NCBI GenBank assembly: GCA_964473205.1
Contig: CAYYOK010000003.1
Span: 22,417-86,416, forward strand
DNA from: an uncultured bacterium
Lineage (GTDB): Bacteria; Deinococcota; Deinococci; Deinococcales; Trueperaceae
Length of the DNA: 64,000 nt
Reading direction: 5' to 3'
The notes below the pieces were generated by a model, which saw only the letters and a program-made list of their open reading frames with translations, was not told the origin of the DNA and searched no databases. Both the position numbers and the translations under genes were made by a program. Positions 28,622 to 39,244 of the stretch are shown here, one piece after another. Within the stretch, counting starts at the first letter, position 1, and each line of letters opens with the position of its first letter.

Positions 28622-30211
28622 ATGTCGACAGGAATGTTGCAGACGGGGACGAGAGCGAGGCGAACGCACATGAAACAGCGCTTGGTCAAGTTTTTTCTCA
28701 TAATTGGAGCCGTGGTGCTCGCCATGTCGTCGATGGCGCACGCGCAGACCGACGGTAGACCGGACCTGAGGATTAGGCTGCAGTTCTCCGGCCCTGGACA
28801 GTGGGACCCCGCCTTCTTGCAGATCGCACCTGATGAGTTCGTCGCGACCAACATCTTCAATCGACTCATTCGGTTCCGGCCTGGCACGGCCGATCTCGAG
28901 GCCGACTTGGCTGCAGATTGGAGCGTGTCGGAGGACGGCTTGACGTACATGTTCCGCTTACACGAAGGCGTGCAGTTTCATGGTGGCTATGGAGAGTTGA
29001 CGGCAGAAGACGTCAAGTTCAGTTACGACCGGCTGCGTGACCCCGCTACCGGTTCGGGAGCCGCGTCCGGCTGGGCGGCCGTGGAGGACATCGTCGTAGT
29101 CGACAGGTACACGATCGAGATCAGGATGTCCGAACCCAATGCGACGTTCCCGTCGTCGGAGCTCGCCCATCGCTACGGCTTCGTGATCTCTAGGGCAGCG
29201 TTCGAGGAGCGAGGCGCGGACTTCGCGCAGAACCCGGTCGGCACCGGGCCGTTCGAGTTCGTGCGCAGAACCCCGGCGGACGAGGTGATCGTGAGGGCCT
29301 TCGACGAGTACTTCGAGGGGCCTCCATCGGTTGCCAGTATCACCTTCATTCCGATCATCGAGGAGACGGTAGCTGCAACGGCGCTCGAGGTCGGCGAGAT
29401 CCACCTGATCTGGACACGCGGCAACTCGGAGGTGGCCGACGAGCTCAAGGCCAACCCGGCGATAACGACAGCCGATGTGCTGAGCTCCACCACCAGGTTC
29501 CTCGGCTTCAACCCGAGCTACCCGCCGTTGGCGGATGCTCGGGTCAGGCGCGCTCTAGCCATGGCGATCGACCGCGACCTGATCGAAGCCGCTACGGTAG
29601 GCATGGAGCAGGCGGCCAGCGGCCCGCTGAGCGTCCAGTATGGGAGCTGGGTGAACCCCGACCTTCCGGAGATCTCCTACGATCCCGAGGGCGCCAGGGC
29701 TCTGCTCGCCGAGGCCGGTTACCCCAACCCGAACGACCTTCGCATCGTGTTCCTGCACTCGCTCCGAAGCCCGGACCAGATCTTCGCCGACGTCATGGTG
29801 GAGCAGTGGCGAGCCATCGGGGTTGACGTGGTGAGGGACGGACGCGATCACGCCGGCTACACCGCACAACGTAACGCCGGCGGCTACGACGTGACCATCA
29901 CGGGCCTGGGCCGGCCGTTGGAGGCGTTGATCGTCTTCCAGGACGCCTTCCACTCCTCGAGCTACCCACCCGGCTCCAACATCGGTTTCTACGACGGGGT
30001 CGACGACCTCATCGCGCAGGCTCGACTCACGTTCGACGAGGAGGAACGCCGGCAGATCGTCTTCGAGATCCAAAGGCGGATCATGGAGGACTTACCGGTC
30101 TTGCCGCTGACCTATTCGATGAACGTGGTGGCGTGGCGCTCTCCCATCGTAGACCTCACCCACGGGGCTACCAACGACTTCCACGGCTACACGTTGATCA
30201 TCGAGGACTGA
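28622..30211 (+). CDS. ABC transporter substrate-binding protein, family 5 (SBP-3)
   Basis: 529 aa. GGAGG lies 5 nt before the ATG. Signal ...SSMAHAQ. Family-5 core as in the paralogues. Confidence 0.85.
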   Translation: MSTGMLQTGTRARRTHMKQRLVKFFLIIGAVVLAMSSMAHAQTDGRPDLRIRLQFSGPGQWDPAFLQIAPDEFVATNIFNRLIRFRPGTADLEADLAADWSVSEDGLTYMFRLHEGVQFHGGYGELTAEDVKFSYDRLRDPATGSGAASGWAAVEDIVVVDRYTIEIRMSEPNATFPSSELAHRYGFVISRAAFEERGADFAQNPVGTGPFEFVRRTPADEVIVRAFDEYFEGPPSVASITFIPIIEETVAATALEVGEIHLIWTRGNSEVADELKANPAITTADVLSSTTRFLGFNPSYPPLADARVRRALAMAIDRDLIEAATVGMEQAASGPLSVQYGSWVNPDLPEISYDPEGARALLAEAGYPNPNDLRIVFLHSLRSPDQIFADVMVEQWRAIGVDVVRDGRDHAGYTAQRNAGGYDVTITGLGRPLEALIVFQDAFHSSSYPPGSNIGFYDGVDDLIAQARLTFDEEERRQIVFEIQRRIMEDLPVLPLTYSMNVVAWRSPIVDLTHGATNDFHGYTLIIED

Positions 30212-30364
30212 GGGCCGAGGTCAGCTTCCTAACGCGGACCGAGATGATCATGGTCACTAGACGGCGTTCTACCTGCGCGAACTGCGCAGAGGGGCTACAC
30301 GCGCCCGAGCGCCGTCTAGAGCCATGAGAAGCCCCGAAGCGCAGGTTGCTGACGTGCGCTACTC

Positions 30365-31306
30365 ATGACACTTTACATAGCACGCAGGCTCGCGATCACC
30401 GTGCCAACCGTGTTCGCCATACTCATCATGACCTTCGTCTTGATCAGGCTTGCGCCAGGGGATCCGGCACAGGCTTACATCGAGGGTGGTGGTGGCGCGG
30501 CCGAGCTGGAACGGGCACGGGAGAGACTAGGGCTGAACGAGCCCATACTCGTCCAGTTCGTGCGTTACACGTCACTGTTGGTTCAGGGGGACCTAGGGCG
30601 TTCACTGATCAACCAGCGTTCGGTCATGCAGCTCATAGTTGACAGATTTCCCTATACCTTGCAGCTAGCAGTCGTCTCCCTGGCGATCGCGCTCATCGTT
30701 GCCATACCCGCTGGCGTGTTTGCGGCGCTCCGGCAGAACTCGGTAACGGATCGAGTGGTGACCGTTATTGCGGTCATGGCTTACTCCATGCCCAAGTTCT
30801 GGCTGGCCATGCTCTTGGTGCTTCTCTTCAGCGTGACGCTGAGATGGTTCCCGGTCATCGGTGCCGGGCAGGAGGGAAACCTCATAAGCGTCCTGAGGCA
30901 TCTCGCCTTACCGGCCATCGCGATGGGGCTCTCGGAGGCCGCCTTCCTGACACGCATGACTCGCAGCGCCGTCATCGAGGAGCTGCGGAAGGACTACGTT
31001 CGTACCGCTCACTCGAAGGGTCAGAACCCTCGTGCGGTCGTACTGCGACATGTCTTGAGAAATGCCGCCATTCCCGTGGTCACGGTCGTGGGATTCAGTC
31101 TCGCCAGCATGCTCAGCGGCTCGATCGTCATCGAGGCGATCTTCGTGCGTCCCGGCGTCGGCCAGCTCCTGTTGGAGGGAATCAACCAACGGGACTACAC
31201 CGTGGTGCAGGGAGGAATCATCACGTTCGCGATGAGCATAATCCTCGTCAACCTCCTGGTCGACATCTCCTATGGTGCCGTTGACCCGCGGATCAGATAT
31301 GAGTAA
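30365..31306 (+). CDS. ABC transporter permease, DppB/OppB type
   Basis: 313 aa. N-terminus YIARRLAITVPTVFAILIMTFVLIRLAPGDP and an EAA-like loop (LTRMTRSAVIEELRKDYVRTAHSKG). Confidence 0.9.
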   Translation: MTLYIARRLAITVPTVFAILIMTFVLIRLAPGDPAQAYIEGGGGAAELERARERLGLNEPILVQFVRYTSLLVQGDLGRSLINQRSVMQLIVDRFPYTLQLAVVSLAIALIVAIPAGVFAALRQNSVTDRVVTVIAVMAYSMPKFWLAMLLVLLFSVTLRWFPVIGAGQEGNLISVLRHLALPAIAMGLSEAAFLTRMTRSAVIEELRKDYVRTAHSKGQNPRAVVLRHVLRNAAIPVVTVVGFSLASMLSGSIVIEAIFVRPGVGQLLLEGINQRDYTVVQGGIITFAMSIILVNLLVDISYGAVDPRIRYE

Positions 31307-31342
31307 CAGGAGGCCAACGGCGACGGAAGATCGGGCGGCGAA

Positions 31343-32164
31343 GTGACCGTCGCGGCACGCCTTCGTCGCGACCCGGCTTTGTGGATAGGTTGCTGTATCT
31401 TCCTGGCGCTGGTGCTGGTGGGCGTGCTCGCACCACAGCTGAGTCCAGCAGATCCGAACGCGCTGGCCATCACTAGGCGTTTGAGTCCGCCATCGCCGGA
31501 ATCACCCTTTGGAACGGACCACCTGGGCCGTGACCTCTTGAGCCGACTGTTCTTCGGCGCTAGGTACTCGTTGGGTGTTGCCTTCGCCGCGGTTACTTTC
31601 GCTACTTTTGCAGGGGTCGCGCTTGGGAGCATCGCGGCTCTGGCAAAGGGGTTCGCCGATGGCTTGATCATGCGCGTGGTCGATGCGCTAATGACGTTCC
31701 CGACGGTGCTGATCGCCCTGTTCGTCGTCGCGACGCTAGGGGCTGGAACAGATAGGGTGATACTCGCGCTGGCGATAGCAACCGTGCCTCAGATCGCTCG
31801 GGTCACTAGGGCCGAGGTTCTCAGGCTCAAACAGCTCACCTATGTCGAAGCGGCGATCGCGCTTGGCATCAATCAGGTGGACATCCTGAGACGGCACATA
31901 ATCGTCAACGCCTTGGGGCCGATCATAGTCGCAACCACGTTCAGCTTCGGTAGAGCTCTCTTGGCAGAGGCCACTCTTGGTTTCTTGGGACTGGGTGCTG
32001 ACGTTCCGACGTGGGGGCAGATCGTGGGTGACGGCCGTGCATATCTGCGGCAGGCGCCTTGGGCCACCGTCTTCTCGGGCTCCGCGATCATGCTCGCAGT
32101 GCTGTCCACCAATCTGTTGGGAGACGCCCTTCGCGACGCGACTGACCCCCAGATGCGGTCCTAG
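31343..32164 (+). CDS. ABC transporter permease, DppC/OppC type
   Basis: 273 aa. PFGTDHLGRDLLSRLFFGARYSL and a VTRAEVLRLKQLTYVEAAIALG loop. GTG is the only in-frame start after the upstream stop. Confidence 0.9.
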   Translation: MTVAARLRRDPALWIGCCIFLALVLVGVLAPQLSPADPNALAITRRLSPPSPESPFGTDHLGRDLLSRLFFGARYSLGVAFAAVTFATFAGVALGSIAALAKGFADGLIMRVVDALMTFPTVLIALFVVATLGAGTDRVILALAIATVPQIARVTRAEVLRLKQLTYVEAAIALGINQVDILRRHIIVNALGPIIVATTFSFGRALLAEATLGFLGLGADVPTWGQIVGDGRAYLRQAPWATVFSGSAIMLAVLSTNLLGDALRDATDPQMRS

Positions 32165-32270
32165 TCGATGCTCTCATGCGACAAGCGACAAGCGTGGAGG
32201 CGCGCTTTGCGTCATCGAGGAGCGGATCCTCTGGCTACGGCGGCTTTACGTGATAGGCTCGCACCCTTTA

Positions 32271-32286
32271 GTATACCGTTGGATAC
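32271..32286. promoter_or_regulatory. operator-like repeat, site F (SBP-4 upstream)
   Basis: GTATAC cgtt GGATAC, 43-58 bp upstream of ATG 32329. Confidence 0.5.
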
Positions 32287-32328
32287 CATCATCAGCACGA
32301 AGGTTTCACGCTCTAGGGAGGTCGTGAC

Positions 32329-33918
32329 ATGATCGGACGCCTGAGTTCTCATAGGGTCCGGGCAGCGCGAGTAGCATCCGCGCTGTTCGGCGGGGTTCTA
32401 CTGACTTTGGCGTACCTGGCGCCGTCCGTTCGTGCGCAAGAGGTCGATACCCGTCCCGATCTCAGGATCCGGCTTCAGTTCGCGCGGCCTGGGGGGATCT
32501 ACGACCCCGCCCAATGGCGCTATACGTCCGATGGCTGGGTATACCCTGCGCTGTTCAATCAGCTGGTTCGCAAGGTTCCCGGGACCGGTGGCGACCTGGA
32601 GCCTGATCTCGCCCAGTCCTGGGAGATCTCGCCAGACGGCACCGTGTACACGTTCCACCTTCGTCGAGGCGTGGAGTTCCATCGCGGCTACGGACAGCTG
32701 ACCGCCGACGATGTGGTCTTCTCCCTGATGCGTCAGATCGAGGACCCTGATGCAACGTTCCATGCGACCTATCGGAACGTCCGGGAGGTTCTAGCCATCG
32801 ACCCTTATACGGTTAGCATCGTCCTCTCGGAGCCTCAGCCGTCCTTCTTGTTGGCCGCACTGACCAATCCCAACGGAGCGGGTTTCATCGTTTCTCGCAG
32901 GGCGGTAGAGGAGTTGGGTGCCGACTTCGCCTCGCGCCCTGTCGGCACCGGGCCGTACGTCCTGGAGGGCCTGACGGCCACCGACGAGGTCATCTTGGTA
33001 AGCCATGACGAGTACTTCTCTGGCCGACCGAGCGCGAAGTCCATCACCTTCGTGCACGTGGCGGAGGAGGCGGTTGCAGCCGCGGCGTTACTGAGCGGGG
33101 AGCTCCAGGCCATCTACACACGAGGCAACCCGGAGGTCGCGCAGCAGTTACTGGACTCGCCAGCGGTGCAGGCGCGCACCGTCGTCGAGTACTACAACAT
33201 CATGCATATCGCCATCAGTCCAAGCTTCGAGGCGGCGAACGACGCAAGGGTGCGCCACGCGCTTGCCTACGCCTTGGACAAGAGCGTTATCTCGCTACTG
33301 CTTCCCGGCCTGGACGAGCCGGCGCACGTACTACGCCCTGAGCAGCTGACGGGCGGTACCAGTGAGACCACGCAATACGGCTACGAGCCCGACAGGGCGC
33401 GGGAGTTGTTGCGACAGGCTGGGCAAGAGGGATTGAGACTGAACCTCATGTTCCAAACGCGGGAGCCCGAGGCGACTATCGCCCAGTGGCTCGCAGAGAG
33501 CTGGGGCGCCATCGGGATCACCGTGACCTTGGAAGGTGCAGAGGCGACCACCGCACACGACAGGCGCACTACAGGCGACTTCGAAGTGACTTTCATGGCC
33601 ACTTCGCGCGACGGAGATCCGGACTACTTCTTCACCGATGTGCTCCACTCCGCCTCGATCGGACCGGGCGGCTCGAACTACTCGGGCTACTCCGCCGTCG
33701 ACGACTTGATAGAAGAGGCCCGCTATGAGCTTGACGCCGATCGGCGGCAAGAGTTGTATAGCGAGATTCAGAGGCGAGTCATGGACGACCTGCCCGTCAT
33801 ACCGCTGCTGTTCCGCGCCTACGTCGCTGCTTGGAGAGAGCCGATAGAAGGTCTCGTGCCGGACAGCACGATCCAGTTCTGGCCGCACACGATATCCGTC
33901 GTCACAGAGTCGCGATGA
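32329..33918 (+). CDS. ABC transporter substrate-binding protein, family 5 (SBP-4)
   Basis: 529 aa. GGGAGG RBS, signal ...APSVRAQ, family-5 core. Confidence 0.85.
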   Translation: MIGRLSSHRVRAARVASALFGGVLLTLAYLAPSVRAQEVDTRPDLRIRLQFARPGGIYDPAQWRYTSDGWVYPALFNQLVRKVPGTGGDLEPDLAQSWEISPDGTVYTFHLRRGVEFHRGYGQLTADDVVFSLMRQIEDPDATFHATYRNVREVLAIDPYTVSIVLSEPQPSFLLAALTNPNGAGFIVSRRAVEELGADFASRPVGTGPYVLEGLTATDEVILVSHDEYFSGRPSAKSITFVHVAEEAVAAAALLSGELQAIYTRGNPEVAQQLLDSPAVQARTVVEYYNIMHIAISPSFEAANDARVRHALAYALDKSVISLLLPGLDEPAHVLRPEQLTGGTSETTQYGYEPDRARELLRQAGQEGLRLNLMFQTREPEATIAQWLAESWGAIGITVTLEGAEATTAHDRRTTGDFEVTFMATSRDGDPDYFFTDVLHSASIGPGGSNYSGYSAVDDLIEEARYELDADRRQELYSEIQRRVMDDLPVIPLLFRAYVAAWREPIEGLVPDSTIQFWPHTISVVTESR

Positions 33919-35390
33919 GCGGCGGCGCTGATGGCACTGGGCGAGCGTCGCCAGCGCATCCTGCTGACCGAGAGAGGCCTTCGACCGCGGTCGAAGGCGA
34001 CGAACGGCTCGACTATTCGTCGTTGACTGCCGTTGGCAAGGCCATACGCGAAGGTACCATCACGCCCAGCGCGTTGGTGGAGAGACAGTTACTGCGAGCG
34101 GAGCGGGTGGGATCCGCTCTCAACTGCTTCGTTACTGTCACTCCGGAAGCTGCTTTAGAACGCGCCGCGGAGCTCGACCGAAAGGCAAGCGAAGGAGACT
34201 ATCTCGGCCCGCTTCACGGCGTGCCGGTGACGATCAAGGACAACGTCGGGTGTGCTGGGGTGCGTACTACGGCCGCTTCCAGGGTACTAGCCGATTGGGT
34301 GCCCTCCGCCGACTCGCCTGCGGTTCAGCGTCTAAAGAGCGCTGGCGCGGTGATACTGGGCAAGACCAATCTCTCCGAGTTCGCTTTCGGCTCGACCCAC
34401 CCCGACTTCGGAGACGTGCTGAACCCTTGGGATCGGTCGCTCTCCACAGGTGGATCTTCGAGTGGATCTGCCGCTGCTCTGGCTGCTGGCATAGGTTACG
34501 CCTCCATAGGAACAGACACAGGCGGGTCGATACGAATCCCTTCATCTTTGTGCGGCTTGGTCGGCCTTAAGCCCACGTTCGGTTTGGTGGAGTCCGCAGG
34601 CATCGTGCCTATCAGTCTAGAGCTCGATCACGTCGGGCCCATGGCTCGTACGGTCGAGGACGTGGCGATGGTGCTTGACGTGATCGCCCGCTCCGACTGG
34701 TCAGGCCGCGCCGGTCTGGCGAAGATGGATGAGTCGGGCCTCAGAGGCCTACGTCTCGGCGTTCTACCCGATCATGAGCTCGAAGGCGTTCATCCGGACG
34801 CTCTGGTCGGCATGAAGCAAGCGCGGGAAGCGCTGGTCGCTCTCGGTTGCGAGCCCAGGCCCGTCACGATCCCCGACCGCGCAGCAGCCCGGTCGGCCAT
34901 GTGGACGCTGGCGGCGGTCGAGCTACTCGTCGATCAGGAGCAGAACATGACTCGGCTGGACGACTTCGGCGAGGGCATGCGCGCGGCGTTGGACCGGGCG
35001 TCCAAGACCGACGCCAGCACGTATCTGAAAGCTCGTCGAACGCGGGAAGACCTTAGGGCTGCTCTCGACCTGACGTTCGAGGAGGTGGATCTCCTACTGA
35101 CCCCGGCGGTTCCAGTAGTGGCCCACCCCTTCGAGCAACGACCTGCCCTCCGCGACGCCAGGCAGGCCTACACGACCCTGTTCAATCTGACCGGCAACCC
35201 GGCGTTGGTACTGCCAGTGGTCATCAGCCGAGAGAACCTGCCGCTCGGGGTTCAGCTAATAGGTCGGCGGTTCTCGGACGACCTAGTGCTGAGAGCCGGG
35301 CTGGCTATCGAGAGATCGCTAGGGTCCATCTGGAACCGTCAAGACGTGCTTGCCAGGTTGAAGGCATCGATCTCCGCGATCCTCGCTTGA
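33915..35390 (+). CDS. amidase-signature (GatA-like) family amidase
   Basis: The ATG overlaps the SBP-4 stop (ATGA at 33915..33918). AS signature GGSSSGSAAALAAG and upstream KDN (VTIKDNV). Confidence 0.85.
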   Translation: MSGGADGTGRASPAHPADRERPSTAVEGDERLDYSSLTAVGKAIREGTITPSALVERQLLRAERVGSALNCFVTVTPEAALERAAELDRKASEGDYLGPLHGVPVTIKDNVGCAGVRTTAASRVLADWVPSADSPAVQRLKSAGAVILGKTNLSEFAFGSTHPDFGDVLNPWDRSLSTGGSSSGSAAALAAGIGYASIGTDTGGSIRIPSSLCGLVGLKPTFGLVESAGIVPISLELDHVGPMARTVEDVAMVLDVIARSDWSGRAGLAKMDESGLRGLRLGVLPDHELEGVHPDALVGMKQAREALVALGCEPRPVTIPDRAAARSAMWTLAAVELLVDQEQNMTRLDDFGEGMRAALDRASKTDASTYLKARRTREDLRAALDLTFEEVDLLLTPAVPVVAHPFEQRPALRDARQAYTTLFNLTGNPALVLPVVISRENLPLGVQLIGRRFSDDLVLRAGLAIERSLGSIWNRQDVLARLKASISAILA

Positions 35391-35514
35391 CCTCGCCACA
35401 CGTACGGACTCGTCTGATTCGCCCGGCTCTCTAGCCCCGATCAAGGAGGTGAGACCGAACGAGCGTTGCCGCCTGACCGCGTCCGTGAGACGCGGTTCCG
35501 AACGTTAGGTTCGC

Positions 35515-37107
35515 ATGTCAGTACTCGACACTGGAGATACCAATATGAGCCAGCTACGCAGAGATCCGCACCTCATCGCAGTTCGCCGGAGCCTTACAGC
35601 CGCTTCGCTTTTGGTCGTTCTGACGCTGCCCTTCGCCTCAGCTCAGGCCGACCTCGCCTCTCGTCCCGACATCCGTGCTCGCCTCCACTTCGCCGTCGCG
35701 GGCGGAGTCTACGATCCGGCCTTATGGCGCTACACCTCGGATCAGTTCGTCCTACCTAACCTTTATAGCTGGTTGGTGCGCTGGGTTCCAGGATCGGGCG
35801 GGTACGAGCTCGAGCCGGACCTTGCCGAGAGGTGGGTGATCTCCGAAGACGGTCTCACCTACACGTTCCATCTCCGCGAGGGAGTCCAGTTCCATCATGG
35901 ATACGGAGAGCTTACGGCCGAGGATGTGGTTTTCACCTTCACTCGTCAGATGGAAGACGAGTCCATGAGCTACTACTCGGCTCTCGAGGAGATATCAGGC
36001 ATTCGAGCCATCGATGACCAAACGGTCGAGATAACCCTGGATGTGCCGAACATGGCTTTTCTCTCGACCATCATCGGGCACATTCCCGGGTACATAGTCT
36101 CCAAGCGCGCGGTTGAGGAGCTAGGCGAAGCTTTCGCGATGAGGCCAGTGGGCACGGGCCCGTTCCAGTTCATCGAGCTGACCAGCGGCGGAGAAGTCGT
36201 GCTCGAGTCGTTCGACGACTACTGGCGCGGCCCGAGACCGATCAGAAGGCTTACGTTCGCGCATGTGGGCGAAGAGCAGATCGCTGTCGCCGCCCTCCGC
36301 AGTAACGAGCTACAGATCATCTGGACTCGCGGTAATCCAGAAGCCGTAGCTGCGCTAGAAGCGGATCCGGACATACAAACCGAGACCATTAGTAGGCCGA
36401 CATCGGTCCGCCACGTGGCGTTCAACCCCAACTTCGAACCGGCTCAGAACGTTCTCGTGAGGCGCGCCCTCTCCCACGCGATAGATCGGGACCTGATCAG
36501 GCTGGCCCTTCCAGGCCTAGAGGTGCCCGCAGACGTCTTCTTCGCGCTGGATACTCAAGAGGTGACGAGTCATGCCTTCGATCCTGATCTAGCGCGGGCT
36601 CTGCTTGCCGAAGCCGGTTATCCCAACGGCTTCTCGGTCACGATCATGTTCCAGTCCCGCTCTCCCGAAGACATCCTGGCGGAGATAGTGCGCAGCGCCT
36701 GGGAGGATATCGGGCTAGACGCGCAGTTGGAGGCAATGGAGGCAACAGCGGCCCACGACCGGCGCAACTCCTTCGACTTCGATGTCACCATCCTCTCTGT
36801 TGGTCGTCCGGCAGATCCCGACCTGCTCTTCAGGGACTTCTTCCTGTCCACCTCACGCCCCCCGGGTGCCTCGAACTATTTCGGCTATGACGCGATCGAC
36901 GATCTGATCCTCGAAGGTCGGCGGATCAGCGATCCCGTGCGGCGCAGCCAGATCTATCACGAGGCTCACGAACAGGTCATGCGGGACCTGCCCATCATTC
37001 CGCTCTCGTTTCAGGCGTTCACCGTCGCCTGGCGCGCACCGGTCACCGGCATGGCCCACGGCCAGAACAACAACTTCTGGGGCGAGACGATCGAGATCTC
37101 GCGCTAG
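35515..37107 (+). CDS. ABC transporter substrate-binding protein, family 5 (SBP-5)
   Basis: 530 aa. Signal ...LPFASAQA, family-5 core. Start could alternatively be ATG 35545. Confidence 0.85.
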   Translation: MSVLDTGDTNMSQLRRDPHLIAVRRSLTAASLLVVLTLPFASAQADLASRPDIRARLHFAVAGGVYDPALWRYTSDQFVLPNLYSWLVRWVPGSGGYELEPDLAERWVISEDGLTYTFHLREGVQFHHGYGELTAEDVVFTFTRQMEDESMSYYSALEEISGIRAIDDQTVEITLDVPNMAFLSTIIGHIPGYIVSKRAVEELGEAFAMRPVGTGPFQFIELTSGGEVVLESFDDYWRGPRPIRRLTFAHVGEEQIAVAALRSNELQIIWTRGNPEAVAALEADPDIQTETISRPTSVRHVAFNPNFEPAQNVLVRRALSHAIDRDLIRLALPGLEVPADVFFALDTQEVTSHAFDPDLARALLAEAGYPNGFSVTIMFQSRSPEDILAEIVRSAWEDIGLDAQLEAMEATAAHDRRNSFDFDVTILSVGRPADPDLLFRDFFLSTSRPPGASNYFGYDAIDDLILEGRRISDPVRRSQIYHEAHEQVMRDLPIIPLSFQAFTVAWRAPVTGMAHGQNNNFWGETIEISR

Positions 37108-37237
37108 TGGTAGGGAGGATGGTCAGGAAGGGTCAGTACGGTTCAAAGGGATGATGGCGTTCCCCTCATTCGAGACGGTAGACATCGCGCTCTTACCCGG
37201 CACCAAACAGGTGAACCGGAGTAGAAAGGAAGCTTAG

Positions 37238-37642
37238 GTGGACGCCCAGAACAGACCAAAGTCAGACGCGCTGCGAGATGAGATCTATAGCTACTTCGAA
37301 GATGCGATGGGCGGAGCTCCCAAGAGCATTCCTTTCCTCGAGAAGTACAATCCGGCCGCCATGGAGGGCTTCTACCTCCTTCGCAAAGCTACGCTCCGAG
37401 AGCCCCCCGAAGGCACGCTCAGCAAGAAGACGCAGGAGTTGATCATCATCGCCGTCGAGGCGGCGTTGAAGATGGATCCAGTCGGACACGCGAGAATCGC
37501 TGTGGACGCGGGCGCCACACCTCAGGAGATCCACGATGCAGTCGGAATCGTACTCTGGCTTGCCGGCATGCCCGCGTACCACCACGGTATGCGCGCCGTC
37601 GAGGCGGCTGAAGAGCACCTGAAGCAGAAGTCGGCTTCCTGA
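37238..37642 (+). CDS. carboxymuconolactone decarboxylase (AhpD-like) family protein, copy 1
   Basis: 134 aa, GTG after AAAGGAAG. Shares an identical 39-aa stretch GHARIAVDAGATPQEIHDAVGIVLWLAGMPAYHHGMRAV with copy 2. No CxxC motif. Confidence 0.7.
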   Translation: MDAQNRPKSDALRDEIYSYFEDAMGGAPKSIPFLEKYNPAAMEGFYLLRKATLREPPEGTLSKKTQELIIIAVEAALKMDPVGHARIAVDAGATPQEIHDAVGIVLWLAGMPAYHHGMRAVEAAEEHLKQKSAS

Positions 37643-37669
37643 GCACATAGCGGATTTGCCCCGCGGCCT

Positions 37670-37716
37670 TACAGGGAGGGCGGTGACTCTGACCGAGAGT
37701 CACCGCTCTCCCTGTA
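37670..37716. terminator. 21-bp stem / 5-nt loop hairpin between convergent genes
   Basis: TACAGGGAGGGCGGTGACTCT gaccg AGAGTCACCGCTCTCCCTGTA, with one G-U position in the plus-strand RNA. Lies between the CMD-1 stop (37642) and the ALDH stop (37757). Confidence 0.6.
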
Positions 37717-37756
37717 GAACGTGCTCAGCCTCGACTCTTCAACGGCGTTCTCGTGC

Positions 37757-39226
37757 TCAAAGCATGACGTTGACCGACTTCACCTGCGTGAAGCTCATCA
37801 TCTCATCGAGGTCGTTCTGCCTTCCGAGGCCGCTGTTCTTGTAGCCACCGAAGGGCATTCCCTTCCAACGGCTGACGCCGTTCACGGTCACGGTGCCGGC
37901 TTCGATGCCGTGCGCCGTCCGGAGCGCCAGCGAGAGGTCCCGAGTCCAGATACTTGCGGTAAGGCCGTACTGGCTGTCGTTCGCGATCCTCAGCATCTCC
38001 TCCGGCTCGGTCCAGGTCAGGACCGACATCACCGGACCGAAGATCTCCTCGGACGCGATCGTCATCTCCGGAGTTACCTCGTCGAACAGGGTGGGCTCGA
38101 CGAAGGCGCCGGCCTTCAGAGCCTCTTCGTTCGGCGGTTCTCCACCGTGCTGCAACCTCGCCCCCTGCTCGACACCCGAGCGGATGAAACCGAGTACCCG
38201 CGCCTGATGCTCGCGCGTCACCAGCGGTCCCATGTCGGTGTCCTCTTCGGTCGGCACGCCAAGACGGATGCGCGCCAGCTCGCGCTTCAACCCTTCGACC
38301 AGCGCCGGCTGAACGTCTCGGTGAGCGAGCACACGAGAGGTCGATCCGCATGACTGCCCCTGACATTTCGTCAGGTTCATACCGTCGATGACTCCGCGAG
38401 CTGCCTTCTCGACATCGGCGTCCGGGAACACGATCAACGGGTTCTTGCCGCCCAACTCGAGCGTCACGTGCTTGACAACGTCGCCGGCGGCGGCGTCTCT
38501 GAGGATCGCCCTGCCAGTGCCAAGGCTTCCGGTGAACTGGATGCGGCGGACCAGTGGGTGCCGAACCAGGGCCGACCCCGCCTCGGCGCCGCCAGTGACG
38601 ATGTTCACGACGCCGTCAGGCAGGATCTCCGAGACGATCTCGCCTAGCACCAGCGCCGAGAGCGGTGTCTGTGGTGCCGGCTTCAGAACCAGCGCATTGC
38701 CGGTGCCGAGTATGGCGCCCAGGCTGCCGGCAGCGAACAGGAACGGATGGTTGAAGGCCAGTATCCTGGCTACGACCCCGTAAGGCTCGCGCCTCGTGTA
38801 GTGCAGGTTGGCGCTGGTCGCCGGCACGGTGGTGCCTCGGACCTCGAGCACGAGGCCCGCGTAATACTCGAGAGAGCTGGCTGACCTCAGTACGTCCTCG
38901 CGCATCGCCTTGAGCGGGTTGCCGCAATCGAGCGAGTCCAGGTACGCGAGTTCCTCGGCCCTGCTCCTGATGCGGCCGGCTATCTCGGTGAGCAAAGCGG
39001 CTCGTTCGCGCGCGTCGACGCGCGCCCACGTCTTCGAGCTGGCATGAGCGGCTCGAACCGCGCGGTCCACGTCCGAAGGCGATGCGGACGGCACCTTGGC
39101 GAGCACCTCACCAGTGGTCGGATCGATCGACTCCAACTCTGCGCCGGTGCTCGACCCCGACCACTCGCCGCCGATCAACATCAGCGGGGAGTCTGGAAAG
39201 GTGAAAGGTCTATCTGAAGTGCGCAT
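37757..39226 (-). CDS. NAD(P)-dependent aldehyde dehydrogenase (ALDH-1)
   Basis: 489 aa. ALDH signatures LELGGKNP and the catalytic-Cys region NLTKCQGQSCGSTSR, plus EEIFGPV. Confidence 0.9.
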   Translation of the reverse strand: MRTSDRPFTFPDSPLMLIGGEWSGSSTGAELESIDPTTGEVLAKVPSASPSDVDRAVRAAHASSKTWARVDARERAALLTEIAGRIRSRAEELAYLDSLDCGNPLKAMREDVLRSASSLEYYAGLVLEVRGTTVPATSANLHYTRREPYGVVARILAFNHPFLFAAGSLGAILGTGNALVLKPAPQTPLSALVLGEIVSEILPDGVVNIVTGGAEAGSALVRHPLVRRIQFTGSLGTGRAILRDAAAGDVVKHVTLELGGKNPLIVFPDADVEKAARGVIDGMNLTKCQGQSCGSTSRVLAHRDVQPALVEGLKRELARIRLGVPTEEDTDMGPLVTREHQARVLGFIRSGVEQGARLQHGGEPPNEEALKAGAFVEPTLFDEVTPEMTIASEEIFGPVMSVLTWTEPEEMLRIANDSQYGLTASIWTRDLSLALRTAHGIEAGTVTVNGVSRWKGMPFGGYKNSGLGRQNDLDEMMSFTQVKSVNVML

Positions 39227-39244
39227 TGACTGATCGACCCGCTC

